A stretch of 64,000 bases of DNA, taken from NCBI GenBank assembly GCA_900551015.1, contig URUI01000001.1, positions 400 through 64,399 of the forward strand, given 5' to 3'. The notes below the pieces were generated by a model, which ran no database searches, had not been told where the DNA came from, and saw only the letters and a list, made by a program, of their open reading frames with translations. Made by a program: the position numbers and the translations under genes. Of the stretch, positions 28,496 to 39,803 are shown in pieces (position 1 is the first letter of the stretch; each line of letters begins with the position of its first letter). The stretch is from an uncultured Collinsella sp. GTDB taxonomy: Bacteria; Actinomycetota; Coriobacteriia; Coriobacteriales; Coriobacteriaceae.

Positions 28496-31144
28496 ATGGT
28501 GAAAAAGTCACCGGAAAACACTACTCCCGCAATTGTGGACAACGTAGAGGCGCTTGAGGCTAAGCTCGCTCAGATGCGAGAGGCCCAGGCGCTTTTTGCT
28601 ACGTACACGCAGGAGCAGGTCGACAAGATCTTCTATGAGGCCGCCATGGCCGCCAACAAGGCTCGTATCCCGTTGGCGAAGATGGCCATCGAGGAGACCG
28701 GCCGCGGCGTTCTTGAGGACAAGGTCATCAAGAACCACTACGCCGCAGAGTACATCTACAACGCTTACAAGAACACCAAGACCTGTGGTGTCCTGGAGCG
28801 CGACGAGGCCTACGGCATCACCAAGATCGCCGAGCCCATCGGCATCGTGGGCGCCGTCATCCCGACGACCAACCCCACCTCCACTGCGATCTTCAAGACG
28901 CTGATCAGCCTGAAGACCCGCAACGGCATCATCATCTCCCCGCACCCGGCAGCCGCCAAGTGCACCATCGCCGCCGCCAAGCTCGTGCTTGACGCCGCCG
29001 TCAAGGCCGGCGCCCCCGAGGGCATCATCGGCTGGGTCGATGTCCCCTCCATCGAGCTGACCAACATGGTCATGCGCGACGTCGACATCATCCTCGCCAC
29101 CGGTGGCCCGGGCATGGTCAAGGCCGCCTACTCCTCGGGCAAGCCCGCCCTGGGCGTCGGCGCCGGTAACACCCCGGTCGTCATCGACGACACCGCCGAC
29201 GTGCTGCTCGCCGTCAACTCCATCATCCACTCAAAGACCTTCGACAACGGCATGATCTGCGCTTCCGAGCAGTCCGTGACCGTCATCGACACCATCTATG
29301 ACCAGGTCAAGGCCGAGTTCCAGAAGCGTGGCTGCTACTTCGTCAAGCAGGGTGCCGAGATGGAGGCCCTGCGTGCCGCCATGTTCAAGAACGGCGCCCT
29401 CGATCACCGCATCCCCGGCATGGCTGCCGCCAAGATCGCCGAGCTCGCCGGCATCGAGGTTCCCGCCAAGACCAAGATCCTGATCGCCGAGGTCACCTCC
29501 ACCGACCCCGCCAAGGAGGAGTTCTCCCACGAGAAGCTCTCCCCGGTCCTGGCCATGTACCACGCCAAGGACTTCCAGGAGGCCGTCGACAAGGCCGAGC
29601 ACCTGGTGCTCGCCGGTGGCCCGGGCCACACCGCCTCTCTGTATGTGCACCCCGCCCAGGCCGAGAAGATCAGCCTGTTCGAGCACGTCATGAAAGCCTG
29701 CCGTATCGTCATCAACACCCCGTCCTCGCACGGCGGCATCGGTGACCTGTACAACTTTGGCATGAAGCCGTCTCTGACCCTGGGCTGCGGCTCCTGGGGC
29801 GGCAACTCCGTCTCCGAGAACGTTGGGGTGAAGCACTTGATCAACGTTAAGACTGTGGCCGAGCGCCGTGAGAACATGCTGTGGTTCCGCGCTCCCGAGA
29901 AGGTCTACTTCAAGAAGGGTTCCACGCCCGTCGCCCTCGACGAGCTCGGTACCGTCATGGGCAAGAAGCGCGCCTTCATCGTCACCGACCAGTTCCTCTT
30001 CAAGAACGGCAACACCCGCGCCATCGAGGCCAAGCTCGACGAGATGGGCATCGCCCACGATTGCTTCTACGACGTCGAGCCCGATCCGTCGCTGCAGTGC
30101 GCACGTCGCGGCGCCAAGCAGATGGCCCTCTTTGAGCCTGACGTGATCATCGCCGTCGGCGGTGGCTCCGCTATGGACGCCGGCAAGATCATGTGGATGA
30201 TGTACGAGCACCCCGAGTGCAAGTTTGAGGACATGGCCATGGACTTCATGGACATCCGCAAGCGTATCTTCACCTTCCCCGAGATGGGCAAGAAGGCCTA
30301 CTTCGTCGCCGTCCCGACCTCTTCGGGTACCGGCTCCGAGTGCACGCCGTTCGCCATCATCACCGACAAGGAGACCGGCATCAAGTGGCCGCTCGCCGAC
30401 TACGCGCTGCTCCCCAACATGGCTATCGTCGACGCCGACAACTGCATGACCGCCCCGCGCGGCCTGACCGCTGCCTCCGGCATCGACGTCATGACCCACG
30501 CCATTGAGTCCTACGTCTCCATCATGGCTTCCGACTACACCAAGGGCCTCTCCGAGCGCGCTGCCAAGCTCGTCTTCGAGAACCTGCCCTCCAGCTTCGA
30601 GAACGGCGCCAAGGACCCGCACGCCCGCGAGGAGATGCACAACGCCTCCTGCATGGCCGGTATGGCCTTCGCCAACGCCTTCCTGGGCCTCAACCACTCC
30701 ATGGCTCACAAGCTCGGCGCCTTCCATCACCTGCCCCACGGCCTCGCCAACGCCGTCATCCTGACTCGCGTCATGCGCTACAACGCCGCCGAGGCTCCCG
30801 TCAAGATGGGCACGTTCTCCCAGTATCCTTACCCCAACGCGCTGCACAACTACGCCGAGATGGCCAAGTACTGCGGCATCGAGGGCAAGGACGACAAGGA
30901 GGTCTTCGAGAACTTCATCACGAAGCTCGAGGAGCTCAAGGACTTCATCGGTGTCAAGAAGACCATCGCCGACTACGGTGTCGACGAGCAGTACTTCCTC
31001 GACACCCTCGATGAGATGACCGAGCAGGCATTCAACGACCAGTGCACCGGCGCTAACCCGCGCTATCCGCTCATGAGCGAGATCAAGGAGCTCTACCTGG
31101 ACGCCTACTACGGCCGCGAGCCCCAGGATTACGCCGTCTGCTAG
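28496..31144 (+). CDS. adhE: Bifunctional acetaldehyde-CoA / alcohol dehydrogenase AdhE
   Basis: 882 aa. The N-terminal half is an aldehyde dehydrogenase domain; the C-terminal half is an iron-containing ADH domain with GGGSAMD and the metal-ligand histidines. A GCAAGGAGA RBS is present. Confidence 0.93.
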   Translation: MVKKSPENTTPAIVDNVEALEAKLAQMREAQALFATYTQEQVDKIFYEAAMAANKARIPLAKMAIEETGRGVLEDKVIKNHYAAEYIYNAYKNTKTCGVLERDEAYGITKIAEPIGIVGAVIPTTNPTSTAIFKTLISLKTRNGIIISPHPAAAKCTIAAAKLVLDAAVKAGAPEGIIGWVDVPSIELTNMVMRDVDIILATGGPGMVKAAYSSGKPALGVGAGNTPVVIDDTADVLLAVNSIIHSKTFDNGMICASEQSVTVIDTIYDQVKAEFQKRGCYFVKQGAEMEALRAAMFKNGALDHRIPGMAAAKIAELAGIEVPAKTKILIAEVTSTDPAKEEFSHEKLSPVLAMYHAKDFQEAVDKAEHLVLAGGPGHTASLYVHPAQAEKISLFEHVMKACRIVINTPSSHGGIGDLYNFGMKPSLTLGCGSWGGNSVSENVGVKHLINVKTVAERRENMLWFRAPEKVYFKKGSTPVALDELGTVMGKKRAFIVTDQFLFKNGNTRAIEAKLDEMGIAHDCFYDVEPDPSLQCARRGAKQMALFEPDVIIAVGGGSAMDAGKIMWMMYEHPECKFEDMAMDFMDIRKRIFTFPEMGKKAYFVAVPTSSGTGSECTPFAIITDKETGIKWPLADYALLPNMAIVDADNCMTAPRGLTAASGIDVMTHAIESYVSIMASDYTKGLSERAAKLVFENLPSSFENGAKDPHAREEMHNASCMAGMAFANAFLGLNHSMAHKLGAFHHLPHGLANAVILTRVMRYNAAEAPVKMGTFSQYPYPNALHNYAEMAKYCGIEGKDDKEVFENFITKLEELKDFIGVKKTIADYGVDEQYFLDTLDEMTEQAFNDQCTGANPRYPLMSEIKELYLDAYYGREPQDYAVC

Positions 31145-31231
31145 TTCTAGCACGGTTTTAACGGTGGGGGTGCCCGGGTGTTTCACACACCCCCGCCGTA
31201 GCTTCTATCGCATCGTTGAAAGGATGCAACC

Positions 31232-31996
31232 ATGCTGCTACCCGATTCCAAGACCGAGCTCGTCCGCCGTGGCAACAAGGTCGTTTACGACCTGGGCGAT
31301 AAGATCGTCAAGGTCTTTAACGAGACCAAGCCCGTCTCCGACGTGTTCAACGAGGCTTTGAATCTTGCCCGCATCAATGAGTGCGGCATCCGCAGCCCCA
31401 AGGCGCTCGAGGTTTCTCAGCTCGAGAACGCCAACGGCTGGGCGCTCGTGACCGAGAAGGTCCCGGGTACCACCCTTGCCGAGAAGATGACTGCCGAGCC
31501 CCAGCGCTTCGGTGAGTACCTCGAGATGTTCGTCGACCTCCAGATCGAGATCCATGGCTACACCTCCCCGCTGCTCAACCGTCAGCGCGACAAGTTCGCC
31601 CGTATGATCGACAGTCTGGATCAGCTCAATGCCACCACGCGCTACAACCTTCAGGAGCGCTTGGACGGCATGACCAAGGAGTTCAAGGTCTGCCACGGCG
31701 ACTTCAACCCCTCCAACGTCATCGTTGGCGACGACGGCCAGCTGTACGTCTGCGACTGGGCTCACGCCACCCAGGGCTCCCCTGCTGCCGACGTTGCCAC
31801 CACCTACCTGCTCTTTGCCCTCAACAGCAAGGACCAGGCCGAGGCCTACCTGGAGCTCTACTGCGACCGCGCCGACATGCCCATGCAGGTCGTGCGTCAG
31901 TGGACGAGCATCGTCGCTGCTTCCGAGCTCGCTCGTAAGCGCAACGTGAACGATGAGTTCCTTAAGAACTGGATCGACGTCGTCGATTATCAGTAG
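31232..31996 (+). CDS. Small-molecule kinase of the APH / choline-kinase-like phosphotransferase family (eukaryotic-like kinase fold)
   Basis: A Brenner motif VCHGDFNPSNVIV followed by VCDWAHA (DFG-like), with an N-terminal Gly-rich region plus a Lys (DKIVKVF). An AAAGGA RBS is present. It lies 87 nt after the adhE stop with no terminator between them. Confidence 0.75.
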   Translation: MLLPDSKTELVRRGNKVVYDLGDKIVKVFNETKPVSDVFNEALNLARINECGIRSPKALEVSQLENANGWALVTEKVPGTTLAEKMTAEPQRFGEYLEMFVDLQIEIHGYTSPLLNRQRDKFARMIDSLDQLNATTRYNLQERLDGMTKEFKVCHGDFNPSNVIVGDDGQLYVCDWAHATQGSPAADVATTYLLFALNSKDQAEAYLELYCDRADMPMQVVRQWTSIVAASELARKRNVNDEFLKNWIDVVDYQ

Positions 31997-32039
31997 TATC
32001 TGAGCGATTTATTTCGCATCGGAGGCACAAAGGAAACCC

Positions 32040-32081
32040 CGCAGCTCACATGGGCTGTGGGGTTTCCTTTTAGCGATTGTG
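32040..32081. terminator. Bidirectional rho-independent terminator between the kinase gene (+) and proS (-)
   Basis: The sequence AAAGGAAACCCCGCAGC-TCACATGG-GCTGTGGGGTTTCCTTTT forms a 14-bp stem with one G-U pair and is flanked by T-runs on both strands. Confidence 0.75.
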
Positions 32082-32174
32082 CACGCCGTCAAGATTAAAG
32101 GACGGCCCCGCATCTCCCCGATCTGGAGAAATACGGGGCCGTCCCGTATATCGAACTGCAAGCGAAATCGCCGA

Positions 32175-33896
<1,722 letters not shown>

Positions 33897-34979
33897 TTAT
33901 TTCTCCTCAATAAGCTTGTCGACCTCGGCCATAAGCGCATCGACAATTTGATCCTCAGCTACTTTACCAATGATCTGGCCATGCGAAAAGAGCAGGGCCT
34001 GACCACGTCCACAAGCAACGCCCAAGTCGGCATCAGAAGCCTCGCCGGGGCCATTAACGGCACATCCCATGACGGCAATCGAAAGCGGCGCGGCATAGTT
34101 CTTAAGCCGCTCGGTTACCTCCTCGGCGATTACGATCAGGTTAACCTGACAGCGGGCGCACGTGGGGCACGAGACAATCTCGGGGCCACGGCGACGCAGG
34201 CCCAGCGACTGCAAAATTCCCCAGGCGACCGGCGGCTCCTCAACCGGATCGGCCGTGAGCGAGACGCGCATGGTGTCACCGATACCCTCAGACAGCAGGA
34301 TACCAAGACCCACCGAGCTCTTGATGGTGCCCTGCAGCTTGGTACCCGCCTCGGTAACGCCCAGGTGAAGCGGAACGTGGGGAATCTCACGCGACAGGGC
34401 TCGATAGGTATCGAGCGTCGTTTGCACGCTATGGGCCTTGGCCGAAAGCACAATGTTCGTAAAGCCGCGGTCTTCAAAATGCTTGACGAAACGCTCACTC
34501 GACATCACGAGCTTTTCGGGCTGCGTGAGGTCGTCGCGCTCGGCGATATCCTGCTCAAGCGAACCGGCATTGACGCCGATACGAATCGCACAGCCCGTGG
34601 CGCCCGCAGCATCGATCACCGCATCGACCTTGGCCCAATCGCCGATATTGCCGGGATTGATGCGCAGCTTGGCAGCACCGGCCTCGACGGCACCAATGGC
34701 GAGCTTATGGTTAAAGTGGATATCGGCGACAATCGGCACCGGGGATTCGGCACAGATGGTGCGGAAACCCTCAAGCGCGGCCTCGGTGGGCACGCTCACG
34801 CGCACGATATCGCAGCCAGCCTGCGCCAACGCGCACACTTGCGCAAGCGTTGCCTGGGCATCAGCAGTATCGGTGCAGGTCATGGATTGAACCACCACCG
34901 GCGCGCCGCCACCGATCTGCACGCCGCCCACACGCACGGGGCGCGTCAGCTCGCGAGGCAAAGGATGGGATAAAGACAA
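33897..34979 (-). CDS. ispG: 4-hydroxy-3-methylbut-2-enyl diphosphate synthase (IspG/GcpE)
   Basis: TRPVRVGGVQIGGGAPVVVQSMT is a typical IspG N-terminus, with C-terminal Fe-S cysteines CPTCARC. I chose the TTG start (LSLSHPL) with an AGGGGAG RBS. The track ORF extends 29 codons upstream and would overlap rseP. Confidence 0.88.
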   Translation of the reverse strand: MSLSHPLPRELTRPVRVGGVQIGGGAPVVVQSMTCTDTADAQATLAQVCALAQAGCDIVRVSVPTEAALEGFRTICAESPVPIVADIHFNHKLAIGAVEAGAAKLRINPGNIGDWAKVDAVIDAAGATGCAIRIGVNAGSLEQDIAERDDLTQPEKLVMSSERFVKHFEDRGFTNIVLSAKAHSVQTTLDTYRALSREIPHVPLHLGVTEAGTKLQGTIKSSVGLGILLSEGIGDTMRVSLTADPVEEPPVAWGILQSLGLRRRGPEIVSCPTCARCQVNLIVIAEEVTERLKNYAAPLSIAVMGCAVNGPGEASDADLGVACGRGQALLFSHGQIIGKVAEDQIVDALMAEVDKLIEEK

Positions 34980-34992
34980 TCCAAACACTCCC

Positions 34993-36369
34993 CTATAGAA
35001 TAAATCGAAGGATGTCGGAACGAAGCATATAGACAAACAGCAGCGCAAAGAGCGCGATGCCCACATAGCTCACAATCGTCTGGACCTTGAGCGGAAGCTC
35101 GCGGCCCGCAACCTTTTGAATGATCTCGATGACCAGCTTACCGCCATCGAGTGGCGGGATGGGCAGCAGGTTCATAAAGCCAAGCGAGAACGAAATGAGG
35201 GCGGCAAACGAAAGGAACGTGGCAGGGCCGGCAGCAGCAGCCTGTGAGGACATAACGCTAATGCCCACGATTGAAGAGGACTGATCGAGAATCTCCATCG
35301 TATGCTGCGGCTGGAGCAGGCGCATCACGCCCTCCGCTGTCTGCACGACATAGGAGAAAGACAGGCGAGCCGACGTGATAGGGTCTAAGCGGACCACCTG
35401 CGTAGAGGCATACACACCTAGGCGCTCGTCCTTTTTAAGCGCAACCGTGGTCGAATGCTGCTTGCCGTCACGCTCGTACTCAATGGCGATATCGTCCTTA
35501 CCGGCAGCCTTGCCGATGGCATCGTAAACGTCCATCCAAGTAGAGCACGATACTCCGTCGACCGAAAGGATCGCGTCGCCGCCCTCGATTCCCGCCGCGG
35601 CTGCAATCGAGCCTTCGTCAACCTGGCCGATCACATTGGTATCCTCCGGCATGGTGACGCCTGCGATGGAATAGATGCTCATAAGGAGCAAAAAGCCCGT
35701 CAGGATATTGACGATAATGCCCGCAAGCAGCATAAAGGCACGTTTACCAAAGCCCTGGCCCAAATAGGTATGCGAGCGCTCGCGTGCAAGGAATTCGGCC
35801 TCGCCGCACGGCAGTTCCCATACATCGCCCTCGGCAGTCGCGTGCTCGCGATCGAACCGACAGCCGTCAAAGGTGGTATAACCCGCCGCGTCGCGAGGCA
35901 GGGTCTGGTATTTGGTGGGATAGTAACTGGGCGAAGGCTTTTCCCCTTCTTCATACCAGGGAGCGATGGAGCCCCAGCCCAACAGCAAAGCACAGGCCTC
36001 GAGCACATCCTCCTCAGACAGCTCGAGCTCGACGGCAAGATCGGCCACCGTCACCCGGCCGTGGCGATAGATGGCCGCGAGCACGCGGCCGGCACACGAA
36101 ACATCGGTCGGGTCCATACCGCAAATGGCAGCATACCCACCCAGCAGCAGCGGGGTCACACCAAACTTGGTGCCGATACGGCGAGACGTGTGGTGGATAT
36201 CAAAGCGACACGGCAGGCCCAAAAAGAACTCAGTCACCCGGACGCCACAGGCACGCGCCGCCAAAAAGTGGCCGCCCTCGTGCAAAAACACGAGGACGGA
36301 AAGCATCAGCAGGCCCCAAAAGACCGATGAGAAAACGCTCAGAACAGTATCCATAAAACGAAAAAGCAA
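34993..36369 (-). CDS. rseP: Site-2 protease RseP/Rip family zinc metalloprotease with a PDZ domain and an unusual ~150-aa insertion after the HExxH helix
   Basis: HEGGHFLAARACGV is followed much later by the LDG motif (NLLPIPPLDGGKLV). One PDZ-like region is present (IGQVDEGSIAAAAGIEGGDAILSVDG). Confidence 0.85.
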   Translation of the reverse strand: MLFRFMDTVLSVFSSVFWGLLMLSVLVFLHEGGHFLAARACGVRVTEFFLGLPCRFDIHHTSRRIGTKFGVTPLLLGGYAAICGMDPTDVSCAGRVLAAIYRHGRVTVADLAVELELSEEDVLEACALLLGWGSIAPWYEEGEKPSPSYYPTKYQTLPRDAAGYTTFDGCRFDREHATAEGDVWELPCGEAEFLARERSHTYLGQGFGKRAFMLLAGIIVNILTGFLLLMSIYSIAGVTMPEDTNVIGQVDEGSIAAAAGIEGGDAILSVDGVSCSTWMDVYDAIGKAAGKDDIAIEYERDGKQHSTTVALKKDERLGVYASTQVVRLDPITSARLSFSYVVQTAEGVMRLLQPQHTMEILDQSSSIVGISVMSSQAAAAGPATFLSFAALISFSLGFMNLLPIPPLDGGKLVIEIIQKVAGRELPLKVQTIVSYVGIALFALLFVYMLRSDILRFIL

Positions 36370-36379
36370 TCCTTATGGG

Positions 36380-37567
36380 TTAAGAACAGGTTGCGGCGAG
36401 CACCTGCGCGGCCTTTTCACGCGCCCAGCCATCGATGTCGCGAAGCTGTTCAAACGAATCGACCGTCTGCGCATCGTGAGCATCCATGCAGGATTCCACA
36501 ATGCGGTCGATATCGGTAAAACTGCAGCCATCATGCAGGAAGGCATCGACGGCCACCTCGTTGGCGGCATTGAGCACGCACGGCATGGTGCCGCCCGTCT
36601 TGCCGGCACGATCGGCCAGCGCAAGGCAGCGGAAGGTATCCATATCGGCCGCGTCAAAGGTAAGCTGCCCCAACTCGCGGAAATCGATACGCGGAGCCGG
36701 CGTATCCCAACGCTCAGGATACGAGAAGGCAAACTGAATGGGAATGCGCATGTCGGAGGCACCGAGATGAGCCATCACAGAGCCGTCGGCAAACTCGACC
36801 ATGGAGTGAATCTTCGACTGGCGCTGCACGACCACGTTAATGAAATCGAGATCGCAGCCAAACAGATGCATGGCCTCGATACGCTCCAGGCCTTTGTTCA
36901 TGAGGGTGGCGGAGTCAATCGTGATCTTGGCCCCCATAGCCCACGTAGGATGCGCCAGGGCATCGGCGCGCGTCACGCGATCGAGCTCGTCACGCGTGCG
37001 GCCAAAGAACGGACCGCCCGAGCAGGTGAGCCAAATACAGTGAGCCTCGCGCGGATTCTCGCCCAGATAACACTGGTAGATGGCAGAATGCTCGGAGTCG
37101 ACCGGGATAAGCTGACCCGGCTGTGCCAACGGCATCAGGAGATCGCCACCGACGACGAGTGACTCCTTGTTGGCCAGGGCAAGACGCTTGTTCGAGGTCA
37201 GGGCAGCATGGCTCGCCTCGAGACCGGCAGCGCCCACGATGGCCACGACCACGCAGTCGACATCATCGCGGCATGCGAGCTCGCACACGGCCTGCGCGCC
37301 AACGCCGAGCTCCGTGCCCTCGGGCAGTTCCTGCAGTACCGCGTCGGCGCCATGGGAGGCGTCCGCCACGGCAACCGCCGAAACCGAGAACTCACGGGCG
37401 GCGGCAACGAGCTCGGGGGTGCTGGAGTTAACGGACAGCGCCGTCACCTGCAGACGATCGGCATGCTGGCGGCACACGTCGAGCGCCTGAGTACCGATAG
37501 AACCCGTACAGCCCAGAATGGCAACGCGAAGACGCCCATCGGGACCGTAGGTGGTCTGATACGCCAT
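36380..37567 (-). CDS. dxr: 1-deoxy-D-xylulose 5-phosphate reductoisomerase
   Basis: The NADPH motif ILGCTGSIG and the Dxr family core. 395 aa. Confidence 0.92.
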   Translation of the reverse strand: MAYQTTYGPDGRLRVAILGCTGSIGTQALDVCRQHADRLQVTALSVNSSTPELVAAAREFSVSAVAVADASHGADAVLQELPEGTELGVGAQAVCELACRDDVDCVVVAIVGAAGLEASHAALTSNKRLALANKESLVVGGDLLMPLAQPGQLIPVDSEHSAIYQCYLGENPREAHCIWLTCSGGPFFGRTRDELDRVTRADALAHPTWAMGAKITIDSATLMNKGLERIEAMHLFGCDLDFINVVVQRQSKIHSMVEFADGSVMAHLGASDMRIPIQFAFSYPERWDTPAPRIDFRELGQLTFDAADMDTFRCLALADRAGKTGGTMPCVLNAANEVAVDAFLHDGCSFTDIDRIVESCMDAHDAQTVDSFEQLRDIDGWAREKAAQVLAATCS

Positions 37568-38466
37568 TACAGCACGCCTCCGATCATCAGCAGCAGCTGC
37601 GCGGTAATGCAGCCAAAGATAAGCGAATCGCTACGGTCGAGCATGCCGCCGTGGCCCGGGATAAGATTGCCGGAATCTTTGACGCCCACACCGCGCTTGA
37701 TACGCGACTCGATGAGGTCGCCGATAACGCCCAGGATGGAGACGACCACGCCGCACAGCAGTGCATAGGGCAGGCTCAGCTTATAGAAGTGCGTCGCCCA
37801 CAGGATGAGCCAGATCAAGACAGAGCCCAAAATGCCGCCGACAAAGCCTTCCCAGCTCTTTTTGGGAGAGATCTTGGGGACCATCTTATGCTTGCCGATG
37901 CGGCTGCCCACGATGTAGGCAAACGAGTCGGAGACCCAAAGGGACGCGCAAACGCCCACCGAAAGCAGGGCGCCGGCAAAACCGGGCACGGCATCGCGCA
38001 GCAGCACGATAGCCGACAGCATAAAGCCAGTGTAGATAGGGCCCATGAGCGTCACGGCAACGTCAGAGATGCGAGTACGCGGAGACCAGACATACCAGAT
38101 ACCAACCGCAAGCATCAAAGCGAACAGCAGGGCGTTCAACAGCAGCGAATCGCCCAGTGCCGAGAGCGGAAAGAGTACGGCGGCAGCGATTCCAAGGCGC
38201 TCATTGGCAACCTTGCCGTCGAGCCTCGTCATGCGGAAGAACTCATAGCAGCACAGACCGCTCATGACGGACACGAAGATGGCCGTGGGAACAATACCCA
38301 AAACCAGGCACAGGATAAAGACAACAGCATAGACGATACCGGCGGCGGCACGGGTGATGAAGCCCGCCAGCCACGAACCGGAGCCGCTCTTCGCTGCAGG
38401 CGCTCCTGCAGTGGCAGCCTTACGCGCGGACGTCGCGGAAGTAGGCGCCTTGGGACGTTCGGACAC
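37567..38466 (-). CDS. cdsA: Phosphatidate cytidylyltransferase
   Basis: A polytopic membrane protein with the CTP-transferase C-terminal signature (GHGGMLDRSDSL). Confidence 0.88.
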   Translation of the reverse strand: MSERPKAPTSATSARKAATAGAPAAKSGSGSWLAGFITRAAAGIVYAVVFILCLVLGIVPTAIFVSVMSGLCCYEFFRMTRLDGKVANERLGIAAAVLFPLSALGDSLLLNALLFALMLAVGIWYVWSPRTRISDVAVTLMGPIYTGFMLSAIVLLRDAVPGFAGALLSVGVCASLWVSDSFAYIVGSRIGKHKMVPKISPKKSWEGFVGGILGSVLIWLILWATHFYKLSLPYALLCGVVVSILGVIGDLIESRIKRGVGVKDSGNLIPGHGGMLDRSDSLIFGCITAQLLLMIGGVL

Positions 38467-38468
38467 GA

Positions 38469-39263
38469 TTAAGCCTCCTCGGTCTTACTCAGTCCACCAA
38501 ACCTACGGTCGCGACCCTGGAAGGCCAAAATGGCCTCGACAAGGCCCCAACGATCAAAATCGGGCCAATAGGTATCGGTGACATAGAACTCGGAATAGGC
38601 AACCTGCCACAGCAGATAGTTCGAAAGACGCAACTCGCCAGAAGTGCGAATCACGAGCTCCGGATCGGGAAGACCGGCGGTGTAGAGGTGAGAAGCCACC
38701 ATGTCGTCATCAATTGCGGCAGGATCGATCTTACCGGCAGCCGCATCGAGCGCGATCTGACGGACAGCGCGGGTGATCTCGGCACGGGCACCGTAGTTAA
38801 CGGCCAGCGCCAACGTCATACCGGTATGGTCGGCGCACTCGGCAAGGCCGCGCTCAAAGACGTCGCGGGTCTTCTTGGGCAGCGCGGTAATATCGCCCAA
38901 AAAGACAACGCGAACATTCTCGCGCTTAAGCAGCGGCAGCTCATCGATAAACGTCTTGGCAAACAGGTGCATCAGAACGTTGACTTCGTGCTGCGGGCGA
39001 TTCCAGTTCTCGGTCGAAAACGCATAGGCCGAAAGCACGTCGACGCCCAGACGCACGCAGGCGGTAATGATCTCGCGCAGCGAGACGATGCCGGCCTTGT
39101 GGCCTTCGGTGCGGGCAAGACCGCGCGCTGTGGCCCAACGGCCGTTGCCGTCCATGATGCACGAAATATGGTGCGGAATGTTATTGAGGTCAAGGTCGGA
39201 AAAACCGACGCCCGCAGGGGCGTCGGCAAAGTACTCGACCAGTTTATGCTCGTCGTATTGCAC
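38469..39263 (-). CDS. uppS: Isoprenyl transferase (undecaprenyl-diphosphate synthase family)
   Basis: The motif HISCIMDGNGRWA and the cis-prenyltransferase fold. Confidence 0.9.
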   Translation of the reverse strand: MQYDEHKLVEYFADAPAGVGFSDLDLNNIPHHISCIMDGNGRWATARGLARTEGHKAGIVSLREIITACVRLGVDVLSAYAFSTENWNRPQHEVNVLMHLFAKTFIDELPLLKRENVRVVFLGDITALPKKTRDVFERGLAECADHTGMTLALAVNYGARAEITRAVRQIALDAAAGKIDPAAIDDDMVASHLYTAGLPDPELVIRTSGELRLSNYLLWQVAYSEFYVTDTYWPDFDRWGLVEAILAFQGRDRRFGGLSKTEEA

Positions 39264-39264
39264 C

Positions 39265-39801
39265 TTAGATCTCCATGACCTCGGCTTCTTTTTCCTTCAG
39301 AAGCTCCTCGACCTTGGCAACATACTCATCGGTATGCTTCTGGACCTTGGCCTGCTCGCGACGGACATCGTCCTCGGTGAGCTCCTCGTCGCGCTCGAGC
39401 TTGTTGTTAAAGTCGCGGCGGATGTTGCGGATGGAGACCTTGGCCTGCTCGGCGTACTCGCGGCACTCCTTAACGAGCTCGCGACGACGCTCCTCGGTGG
39501 GAGCCGGGAACGGCAGACGCACGACGGTACCATCGGAATTGGGGGTAATGCCCAGGTCGGAGGCACCGATGGCCTTGACGATGGCATTGATGAGTGCCTT
39601 GTCCCACGGCTCGATAAGCAGCATGTGGGCCTCGGGGGTCTTAACGGCGGCAACCTGCGTGACGGGCGTGGGAACACCGTAGTAGTCGACGGTGATGTCG
39701 GAAAGGATGTTGGCGTTAGCGCGGCCAGTGCGGACCTTGGAGAAGTTGTGCTTGAGGGACTCGAGTGACTTGTCCATGTGGGCGGTGATGTTCTCTGCCA
39801 T
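39265..39801 (-). CDS. frr: Ribosome recycling factor
   Basis: 178 aa of the RRF family. Confidence 0.92.
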   Translation of the reverse strand: MAENITAHMDKSLESLKHNFSKVRTGRANANILSDITVDYYGVPTPVTQVAAVKTPEAHMLLIEPWDKALINAIVKAIGASDLGITPNSDGTVVRLPFPAPTEERRRELVKECREYAEQAKVSIRNIRRDFNNKLERDEELTEDDVRREQAKVQKHTDEYVAKVEELLKEKEAEVMEI

Positions 39802-39803
39802 GC

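Noticed and set aside
31145-31231. GC hairpin (GGGGGTG...CACCCCC) between adhE and the kinase gene as a terminator
   Set aside because: No downstream U-tract follows, and the strong bidirectional terminator lies only after the kinase gene. I interpret it as an intra-operon hairpin, not a terminator.
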